Shown piece after piece: positions 44,553-54,276 of a stretch of DNA of 64,000 nt. This DNA is from Nitrosopumilaceae archaeon (GTDB taxonomy: Archaea; Thermoproteota; Nitrososphaeria; Nitrososphaerales; Nitrosopumilaceae): the NCBI GenBank assembly GCA_965207375.1, contig CBDBMG010000003.1, positions 32,001 to 96,000 on the forward strand, read 5' to 3'. Both the position numbers and the translations under genes were made by a program. Below the pieces are notes generated by a model, which saw only the letters and a list, made by a program, of their open reading frames with translations, had not been told where the DNA came from and ran no database searches. Position 1 is the stretch's first letter; every line of letters begins with the position of its first letter.

Positions 44553-46988
44553 TAGGGCTGAAACGAAGTATTCGAATATTCCGAAGCTTCGAAGCTGAAA
44601 CGACCTTCGAAGTTTTTGCAAGGATTCGAAGGTTCGCAAATGTAGTTATACGCATGCGCAAATAGTTTAATTAATAGTGCTGTTAAATGGCGTCGCAAAG
44701 TGAATCGAGCGGTGGTAGTAACAGAAAAGTATCGGATGTGTGGAGTTACTTTACTAAAGTAGCAGATATGAAGAAGGCTATGTGTACTATTTGTCGTAAA
44801 GAATTAGCCTATTTAGGCAGGACGACGAATCTTCGCGACCATCTTACCTCGCAGCACGCGCTTTGTTATAATGCTGATAAGAAGAATGAAAGCAAGAAGA
44901 AGACGCTCGATAGATTTATTATAAGACCTGCTAAGTGTAGTGACGCTCGTATGAAGAATATAACAGACAGGGTAACTCAGATGATAGTTCGAGACTTGCG
45001 TCCCATCCGAGTTGTTGAATGCGAGGGTTTTCGTAATCTAATCAATTACTTGGAGCCTGGATATATCGTGCCAAGCAGAAAGCAATTCACTGCTGATATT
45101 AACCTGAAGCATGCAAAATGCAAGGAAGTGCTGAAACAACGCCTGAAGAATGAAGCGCAGTTTATAGCATTAACAACAGATATATGGACAAGCTTGGCAA
45201 CAGAAAGCTATCTCTCGGTAACTGCGCATTATATTGATAGTAACTGGGAGTTGCAGGCATTTGTACTAGAAACCTTATCCTTCCCAGAGAGGCATACAGG
45301 AGTCAATATTGCTGATAAGCTAAAAGGGTTAGCAGAAAGGTGGGAAATTATGGATAGTGTTATGGTGGTCAGCCATGATCAGGCCTCTAACATGAAAGCA
45401 GCCATGGATATTTTACTTGAAGAGTGTAACTGGAAAAGCCTCAACTGTGCTGCCCATTGCCTTCAGCTGTGTATATTGGCAGGCTTCAGTATCAGTACAA
45501 TTGACAGATTATTATCAGCTGCCAAAAAGATTGTAACACACTTTCATCACAGCACAGTGGTATCAGAAGCCCTAAAACAAAAACAAGCACAGATGGGCAT
45601 GTCTTGTAAAAAATTGATCACAAGTTGTGCCACTCGATGGAATTCCACTTATGAAATGTTGGATCGGTTGTTGAAACTCCGATGGCCCATAACTGCCGTA
45701 TTGTCAGATAGTGAAGTCACAAAAGTAAGTGATAGATATTTGGATTTAAAACCAGAGCAATGGAAATTAGTCGAGGACTTGGTAACTATCCTGGAACTTT
45801 TCAGTGTTGCAACAACATTTTTTAGTTACGAAGAGAATGTTTCTATGTCAGCTGTGTTCCCAATTTTCTATGGAATACTCGACTACAGAGCTCTCAGAAT
45901 CAATAATAATCAAACAATTTAAAGAAACTGTCCCATCAAACATCATAGAAAGATTTGAACTGAGAACATTACATAATGCATATCCAATGTTGCTGACGGC
46001 TATTCTTGACCCTCGTTTTAAAAATCTTACCTTATCAAGGTACACAGACAGTGAACAACGAGAACTGAAACTATCTATTGTTGAACTGATGGAAATGTAT
46101 AGAGAATTTGAAGAAAATGAGTCAGATGTGCGAATTGTGGATACTTCTACTGAATCTGTTGTTAAACGTTCAAGAAAACTCAGTGCACTAGATAAACTTC
46201 TTGGTGAGGAGGTGATGATATCAGAACCATCCCTAACTGAATTAGATAAATATCTGGCAGAACCCCCTTCACTTCGACGAGAGGACCCACTGAAACGGTG
46301 GAAAGAAAATGCTGCTCGCTTCAAAGTAGTATCATATGTAGCTAGACGACTGCTTTGCATGCCAGCTACAACAACTCCCTCTGAGAGGGTTTTCTCCACT
46401 GCTGGGCTGACAGTTACTAAGTTAAGAAGCTGTCTGAAGCCCAATGATGCACTAATATTTTTGAACAAAAATATGGGTAAACTAAACTTAGCTAGCTAGC
46501 TACTAATGTACAATAAATTTGTACTTTTGTATTAAATTCTTACCACACTATAGCTAGATATTACAAATAGTAAGAATTACAATATGATATTGTTCTCTTA
46601 TTGCAGCAGCTTGTACTTCTTTCTTCATCCTGCACGATCGACGGTGATGTGCCACGCCCACTTTTAAACTGACTTGATACCATAGTAAAAGTCTCAAAAC
46701 GCCACAGTTAATGCATGGAAAACACCAATTTAGGCTTTAGTTAGCATTCTCAGCTATGCATGATTGCTGTATGGACAGTTGGACATGCCCATTTTTCGAT
46801 CGATCGAGCGCATAACCTCTGAACTGTCACCAAACACTTATAAATTTATCAAATAGAAAGATGAAAAACTTGAGCAGCACATGCATAGCTAAAATACAAA
46901 AAAACCTTTAAATCCGAAGCTTCGAACCTTCAGACCATTTCCTTAACGAAGGTTCGAAGGTCAAATTTCAACCTTCGTTCCAGCCCTA
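44553..46988 (+). mobile_element. hAT (Ac/ZBED-type) DNA transposon, near full length
   Basis: TIR TAGGGCTGAAACGAAG / CTTCGTTCCAGCCCTA (15/16); perfect 8-bp TSD CTACTCAC (44545-44552, 46989-46996); TTCGAA subterminal repeats. Confidence 0.97.
44687..46499 (+). pseudogene. hAT transposase (BED finger, DDE, dimerisation domain), frameshifted near 45880
   Basis: VWSYF..CTIC..TTNLRDHL..H, LTTDIWTS, HDQASNM, CAAHCLQL, TRWNSTYEML, LDPRFK, PATTTPSERVFSTAG; split across ORFs 44687-45922 and 45804-46499. Confidence 0.93.
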
Positions 46989-49900
46989 CTACTCACCCAG
47001 GTGGTCGATCTCAGTGCCCCGCATATAGCCAAACATGCTTCCATTGTCAGAAGGTTGGCCACTTTGCGAAAGTCTGCCGTAGCAAACCTAGTAGTCACAA
47101 CCCTCACCCCACGTCATCTCAGGTACCAGCCAGCACGGCTACTATTAGACAATAGACACCTGACTATTTCCAACATTAGGAATGTCACAGCCAATGAGCC
47201 AGCACCCTTGGTCAAGGTACTTGTCACCTCGGCCAATGGTTCTTGCAAACTACAAGCCCTCCCAAACTCAGGGGCTGACATATCTGCAGCTGGGAAAGAA
47301 ACCTTACAAACCCTTAACGAACATGTGAACAGCCTCATACCCTCCAGGGTCATTCCTAAAACCGCAAATGGGATGAAAAATATACCCGCTTGGGAAGATA
47401 CCTGTGAAGATTCAGTTAGGTTGCTATGAGCACAGTGAGGAACTGCACATTTATCCCAACATTTCTGGAACCCTACTTTCATGGAAAGCTTGTAAGAGTT
47501 TAGGAATCCTGCCTGACTGTTACCCCAATCCCATCACACCTAAACAACAGAGTATTAATCAGATTACCGAAACCTTGTCAATCCTGGAACCACCCACACT
47601 TGACAACATCATGAAGGAGTTTCCCAGCGTCTTTGATGGGCAGATTAGAACCATGACGGGTGAAGAATTCCATATTTCACTTACAGATAATGCTAAACCT
47701 TTTTGTGTGAACACGCCTCGTTCTATACCATTCATGTACCGCGACAAACTTAAAGCAGAGCTAGAGTTGTTACAGGGACAAAACATTATCACACCGATTA
47801 CTGAGGCCACAGAGTGGTGTGCCCCTATAGTCGTAACACCTAAGAAAAATTCAGACAACATCCGCATGTGTGTAGACCTATCACATTTGAATCGTTGCGT
47901 ACGTTGAGAGCGATACCATTCGCCCACCCCTGCAGAAGCCATTGCTGACATTGCAGCAACTAATGCCAAATACTTCACTGTGCTTGATGCCATGAAGGGT
48001 TACCACCAATGCCCTCTTGATGTTGACAGTCAACTCCTAACCACCTTTATTACTCCCTTCGGGAGATACAAATATCTACGTGCTCCATACAGCATCTCCT
48101 CCATATCGGAACACTATAACCGCCGTATGGCAGAAGCCCTGGCAGGCCTATCTGGATTCTGCAGGATAGTAGATGATATTGTCATATATGACAGCACTAT
48201 TGAAGACCATGTGAGTCATGTGAGACAGTTCTTACAATGCTTCACTGAGAAGCAGATTGCCCTTAACCCGCAAAAGTGCAAGTTTTGTGTAACCAAGGTG
48301 ACGTTTGCTGGATTTCATCTATCCTCTGAAGGGTATCAAGTTGACCAGTCCATAACAGGTGCAATATCACAGTTCCCCAAACCAACCAACCGCACAGATT
48401 TACGCTCCTTCTTTGGACTTGTCAACCAGTTGTCCTCCAGTATTAACACAGTAGCCACATTGTTAACACCACTCAGACCTCTCCTGAGCACTAAGAATGA
48501 TTTTCTGTGGAGTGATAATCATGAGAAAGCGTTTGCAGCAGCAAAGGATGCACTCACTGCAGTACCAGTATTGTCCTTTTTTGATCCCAACAGACCTACT
48601 CGCTTGTGTACTGATGCAAGCCGACAAGGGCTTGGTTTTGTCCTACAGCAGCAAAGCAATGATATCACATGGAATCTCATCCAAGCTGGCTCTCGCGTTA
48701 TGCGGTAATCGAATTAGAGATCCTGGCAATATGCTGGGCTATACAGAAATGCAAGCTCTTCTTGACAGGGTTGCAGCACTTTTCTGTCATTACCGATCAT
48801 AACCCACTTGTTCCAATCATCAACAACCATCGCCTTGATGAGATAGAAAACCCCCGGCTACAACGGCTAAAACCAGGTTGATGTCGTACAACTTCACCGC
48901 TAAATGGCTAAAAGGTAGCAAAAATGAGGCCCCTGATGCTCTGTCACGCAACCCAGTATCGGATCCAGAGCCCACTGACACACTTGCAGAGTTGGATGTA
49001 AACGATCAAGCAGAAATGTCAATTGCACAAATCAGAGCTCTACATGGAGAGACCCATGTAAATCGCCACCTCCAAGACCTTCGGCAACAAGCAGAACAAG
49101 ATGAGGAATACCAACAGCTACGTACCGTCATTCTACAGGGATTCCCCGCCCACCGCCATCAATTAACAGAATCATGCAGACGATACTGGAATATTCGTGA
49201 GCACCTTTCCTTAGATGACGACTTAATTGTATATGGTTGCAGACTCCTAATACCAGCCAAAATGCGTCGGCAAGTTCTTGCACAACTCCATGAATCTCAC
49301 CAAGGCACAGTGAGAACAAAACAGCGAGCACGTTTATCTGTATACTGGCCAGGTATAGATAATGACATTGATATAATGTCATTCTCGCTTGCCAAACATG
49401 TCAGGACAGTCTCCCCTCCAATGTTAAAGAGCCACTCATTCAAAAACCAAGACCTGACCGACAATTTCAGGAAATTGCCATTGATTTCTGCTCTTATGTC
49501 AGCAGAGATTATCTCATCATAGTGGATTGCTTCACAGACTGGCCAGTAATAATTTCAATGGACCACGGCACCACCACCTCACAGCTGATCACAGTCCTAC
49601 GTCAGTCCTTCTGTCGTACTGGCATACCAGAGATTATATGGTCAGATGGAGGACCCCAGTTTACCTCCAATATGTTTCAGGAGTTTGCAAAACAGTGGGG
49701 ATTCTCACACAAAGTTTCAACACCACACTATCCACAAAGTAATGGAAAAGTGGAAGCCACTGTGAAATCCATGAAAAGAATCATCCGCATATCATGGAAT
49801 CGACAATCACTCAACGAGGACAAGTCCTGTCGAGCACTGCTGCAGTACAGGAACACACCCTCTTGCAAAGATAGCTTATCTCCAGCACAAAAACTGTATG

Positions 49901-50829
49901 GACGCCCGCCCCATCCAGGACATCATACCAGCTCACCACCGATCCTTTTCAGCAGAATGGCAACACAAAGCAGAAGCAGCAGAACATCAGGCACAACAGA
50001 CATTAAAATCCTCCAAAGAATACTACAACCAACACGCCCACGCTCTTCAGGAAATTCAAATTGGCTCCAACGTCGCCATTCACAACAACAGAACAAAACT
50101 TTGGGATATATATGGCATTGTGACTTACATCAGCCCACACAGACGCTATCATGTTAAAATACTAAGTGGCAGAGTCCTGGTAAGAAACCGTCGCTTCCTG
50201 CACTGTCGTGTCCCAGCCTCAATTCCAGTAAGTACCCAACAACAGCTAACCTCCCACATCACACCTACACCAGAGCCACCATCAACACGCCGGTCAACAA
50301 GATGTACACGCCCACATAGCAGACCCATAGAGGACCCTAACTGGAACTGATCACAGCTACCGCACAAACTTCAGCATATATATATTTAGCATTTGTGATT
50401 AGCTCCACCCCAAATGCTCGAAGAGGGGAGATGTAGGAATATAGATAATGTCATGTACACTGTACAATCACGTGATATCATTAATCATGAGCACTTTCCC
50501 ACCTATCTTACACACAGTATAGTCAGAATATCTATGCACTAGCTGTAAGTTGAGGACTCGATAAGTAGGGGTGTCCTTCAAAATTGAATTGATGCTAAAG
50601 CTACTTATAGCTGTGAAAGAAAACCCAGCATGCAACAGGTAGACATGCAACTACTGCAGCACTAGCATTTCAATTGGCTAATCAATAGATTAAGCTGTTA
50701 CAAGGTGACAAGTTGGTACAGCCTACTACAAGATGTTAAGTAAATAGTGTAAATAGACAAGGTGTTATAAGTAAACATTGGTACTCATGGCAACTACATA
50801 GCCATAGGCACCATGGTATGTTAACCCTG

Positions 50830-51090
50830 ATCAGCTAGGTAGCTATAAGTAGGCATAGGAGACTAGGTAGACATAGGAGACTAGGTAGGCATAAGAGACT
50901 AGGTAGACATATAGGACTAGGTAGGCATAGGAGACTAGGTAAGCATATAGGAGTAGGTAGACATATAGGACTAGGTAGGCATAGGAGACTAGGTAGGCAT
51001 AGGAGACTAGGTAGGTAATAGGAGACTAGAAGACTAAGGCATATAGGAGACTATAGGTTGGCATAGGAGACAGGTGGGCATATAGGAGAT
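50830..51090. repeat. About 18-20-bp degenerate tandem repeat inside the Helitron
   Basis: GGCATAGGAGACTAGGTA variants, more than 10 copies. Confidence 0.85.
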
Positions 51091-51504
51091 CATAATAGAT
51101 AGGGCATTAGTAGTTAAGCTTATAGGGGACCACAATACAGTCATAGATAGTGTAGCTATCATGCATGCAAATGAGACTACACGGCCTACACCCTGCACTA
51201 CAGGGCAGGTAGGGCTGTGCAATATATTGATAATTATATATAGTATTAACAAAGCTACTATATTTGGGACCTACAAACAGAAACTGTGATACCGAAATAT
51301 CAATAATTGCCGAGCACCTTAGCATGAGGCACATAATCGTGACACTATTCTCGGTTTGCGTACATATATATATGTGCATCACGCTTAGGAATGCTCCCCG
51401 TGACCCTGAAAACCACTAGGTAACCATACAAAGTAGAGTCGACGAATATTTAAGCGCATAACGAATCAGCGCCCAAAGAAACTGTATACTGACAGTCGGT
51501 AGCG

Positions 51505-51717
51505 ATGTCAGATAATGCGCTTGAAGTTCAACAGCGGAAGAAAACCCTTGCACGCAATAGAAAGAGAAAACAAAGGCTTACTGCAAGCGCTCAAGATAGA
51601 TCGACTGAATTGAGCCAGCAAAGGAAACGCATGCGATTGCTAAGAGATAGGGAAACACCTGCTAGACAGTCTGCTAGATTAGAGGCTATGCGTCAACGTA
51701 CTAATACATCATCATAA
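51505..51717 (+). CDS. Truncated Helitron RepHel N-terminus (STPR-like repeat), 70 aa
   Basis: MSDN..ARNRKRKQR..RKRMRLLRDRETPARQSARLEAMRQR; basic helical repeat lying within the Helitron termini. Confidence 0.55.
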   Translation: MSDNALEVQQRKKTLARNRKRKQRLTASAQDRSTELSQQRKRMRLLRDRETPARQSARLEAMRQRTNTSS

Positions 51718-51801
51718 TTAAATCAAATCATCTAATTAATACATCATCACAATTAAATAAATTATGTAACAATATTCACTTTCCTGCTTGACATAACATA
51801 T

Positions 51802-52365
51802 GTGACCGGCTCTGCGAAAATGTGCATAGTTCGCACCTGGTAATAATTAGAGAAACACCTGTTTAAAGATTTTAAATTAACATTGCTAGCTTTTGCTCAT
51901 ACTAGGCCGCTTTTGTTTAGCAGAACTGGATTTAATAATGTATTGAATAGAATACAGTTTACCTTTGAAGTTGTTTCTTGGTTGATTTCAGGCCTTTTCA
52001 GACGATTTTTTCGAAGGTGTGCATCAATTTTAGCCCAGTGTTACGAGGGGGTGGGCGGGTGGGAGGAGGGGAGGGGAGGGTGGGGAGCAGATGGTTCTGA
52101 CCATACAACCAGGCCGAAGGGACATCATTCCGGTCAAGGGTAGAATTCCAGACCAATAACGCCCAATTGGTGCGCTCCACAGGTGCCAATGTGTCAGTCA
52201 TGGTACTACAAGGCCCCAAATACTCACCTCAGAAAAGCAGACCACTTGAGTCTGGCCATAGGAGACACGGTGTGTGCATAGCTATTGAGTGTAGCTATAA
52301 GCTGGATCAAAACAATGAATTTAAATTTTTGTGTGAACTATACACATTTTTGCAAATCCGGTCAC
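51802..52365. mobile_element. GTGACC...GGTCAC element nested in the Helitron
   Basis: ATAT-GTGACCGGCTCTGCGAAAATGTG ... CACATTTTTGCAAATCCGGTCAC-ATAT. Confidence 0.75.
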
Positions 52366-52662
52366 ATATACGTATACACATATCTGCAAATACATTTCAA
52401 TATAGCTACATACATATTTCAATTACATGCACTATCGCACGAGGCGTTCTGCACAATGTGTATTCCTAGTACTGAATATATAGTGAAGGAATAGAGTTTG
52501 AAAATTTAGCTACAAAGTAATGTTGTGGATAGGGGTTGGAATCTAGCTAGCTATGTGTAACTTTTCCCACTCTTATCTGCTTACCAAAATTTTTATTATG
52601 CAGTATTCACCATTTAACAGACACTGCTTTATATTCAGTAAAAATATCTATATTTAGTAATA

Positions 52663-53436
52663 CCAAGAGTTCATAATATATAGAGAGAGGAGAGTATCCA
52701 ACGCTCATATTGCCTGTTCAAAACACAATGCGTTAAGTTGTTGCATCATCTCCCAGATATTTTAGTATAATTTCAGTAAACTTTGATAACTGGCTTCACC
52801 GCAAAAGATTCGTTGATAGGTGTTGATTTATCAAAGAGAACACCACAAATTATTTCTTCTATTTAAACCCACTTTATACTCCAGTACTTAGTGATAAAAT
52901 TTGAGCCAAAATTGCGCTACTTTCGTGGCGATACTGCAGTCAAGATGGCGGCTTCTAGTGTAGACGGGAGAGGAAATTTCGACCAAGATTCAGACGAACG
53001 AGAGTGTAATGGTGCTCATAAGCGGCTTAGGTTAATCAAATGAAGCCAGTTACCAAATGGATGGAGTACTGCACGCAAGCAGCGTTACAGTTAGTTTTCC
53101 CGCCATTAATGCGGACGAGCCTTTCGAGTCTTTGGAGGTGACGTAGCTATTTAACTCGTCCAGAGATGGCGTAACAGTGCCAGGTACATGTGCACGTAGC
53201 AAGGCTATACCTGCCATAGATCCTGTATGGTTAAGGATCTATGGCTATACAAATTATTCCGTGGTATTTAAGCGCACGTTATATTGCAATAGCAGGCAGG
53301 TTGCGTGCTTATAGGATTTCAAGCAAGTTAACACCATTTGGTGATGATGGGTATTACATAATAACTTAACGCAGTGTTTTAAACGGGCAATAGAGCGTTG
53401 GATACTCTCCTCTCTCTATATATTATGAATTCTTGG
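52663..53436. mobile_element. Non-autonomous element with about 45-bp TIRs and a 5-bp flanking duplication
   Basis: CCAAGAGTTCATAATATATAGAGAGAGGAGAGTATCCAACGCTC / GAGCGTTGGATACTCTCCTCTCTCTATATATTATGAATTCTTGG; TAATA on both sides. Confidence 0.85.
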
Positions 53437-54219
53437 TAATACCAAGGTATCAACTCATAAAAATACCGAATAACTGTTTTTGGCAATACCACAATAAGTA
53501 CACCTTGTTATATCAAAAAAGTAAAGTTAGTTATCATCTCACAAGTTAAACTTTCATCAGCCGCTTTGGTTACTAGTACATGTTTACACCCTCAGTGCAA
53601 ATAAGTCGGTACTATAGAATTAAAATTAAAATGTTAGCCTTGCTGCATGCATAAGATAGGGCTACCTGGCCAGCTTTAAACCACCAAAATTATCAGTTAG
53701 TACTTCACGATATGACTATCAAGATACGTAGTAAATTGCACTATCATGATAGTTGACCACTTTGACGATATTGAACTATCATACTGTCACCCAGCCCTAC
53801 ATTTGTCATAGTAACAGTTCATATTACAAATGTGTTTTGGTCACAGTGTATTTACCTCATTCTTGGCCTGTTCTCTGAGTCGATGTGGTAGTCACTTAAT
53901 ATTGTGACTCATGGATCTTCTCCTCATGTGTCGAGGAAGTGTTTGGAAAGTTCTTCTTGTACTGCCATGTTGTGAAATAGCAGCTGTCATATATGTAGTT
54001 CCATTGCTCTAGCTTGAACAAAATCACTTACACAAATACCCCTAGGACCTGCAGTATCCCGTACATCACTACCGGTTACGTTCTTTGGCTGTGCCTTAAG
54101 CCTCTTTTCTCGTCTCTTTTTCCTTCCAGTAACACGCTCTTCTTCATTTTCACCTTTGCTTTTCTTTTCTTCATCCTTTTCTGATTAGGTAACGCAGTAT
54201 TTATAGGCGTTTCTTCCAT

Positions 54220-54276
54220 CTACAACGTGCATTTTACTATTCTATCTAATGCACACCAAGTACACGTGCGGGAGTG
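54220..54276. promoter_or_regulatory. Putative bidirectional promoter/5' UTR spacer between POP1 and RIDA
   Basis: 57 bp between divergent ATGs; contains CACGTG (E-box-like) and CAACGTG. Function inferred from geometry only. Confidence 0.5.

Larger units (their letters stand above)
43930..50350 (+). pseudogene. Fragmented gag-pol of the Gypsy element
   Basis: Gag ERRNFRKRTQQPGETFDDF, LRDQVIEGL, zinc knuckle CFHCQKVGHFAKVC (about 47035); protease ALPNSGADIS (catalytic D reads N); RT LDAMKGYHQ, IVDDI; RNase H LCTDASRQGLG; integrase HESHQG, WSDGGPQF, PQSNGKVE. Multiple stops and frameshifts. Confidence 0.93.
43658..50512 (+). mobile_element. Ty3/Gypsy LTR retrotransposon, Mag-like, degenerate
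   Basis: LTRs 43658-43745 (88 bp) and 50432-50512 (81 bp), TG..CA; 5-bp TSD CACAG; PBS TGGCGCTGCGAGCAG; PPT GAAGAGGGGAGA; gag-PR-RT-RH-IN order. Confidence 0.96.
43267..52469 (+). mobile_element. Non-autonomous Helitron, host of the LTR and hAT insertions
   Basis: A|TCTACTACATAAAG 5' end followed by CCGTCTGTCTGTCCGTC; CTAG|T 3' end preceded by a degenerate GC-rich hairpin; internal ORF 51505-51717 resembles the ETPxxRxARL repeats of RepHel N-termini. Confidence 0.7.
33338..54219 (-). pseudogene. POP1: POP1, RNase P/MRP protein subunit, pseudogenised (exons 53856-54219, 38408-38638, 35900-35987, 33338-35192)
   Basis: Motifs FVQARAME, FQTLPRHMRRRSMSHNIK, WLQSHIWHAKRFRM, DSSYHGY, QLWLLIHPA, GWDIIAPAKWGKPLWLSL, YPTDYPDT, KYPPDKRPNF, RLIIGYVT..G; splice phases consistent. 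Disablements: frameshifts near 54185, 53992 and about 33600; stops near 53893 (IK*LP) and 33919. Confidence 0.92.

Noticed and set aside
45848-46468. 206-aa minus-strand ORF, and similar antisense ORFs at 47114-47993
   Set aside because: Antisense shadows of transposase and pol sequences, with no recognisable motif.
53856-53960. In-frame TGA codons as selenocysteine or an alternative genetic code
   Set aside because: They fall at expected Arg (CGA) positions and co-occur with frameshifts and TAG/TAA stops; CpG decay explains them.
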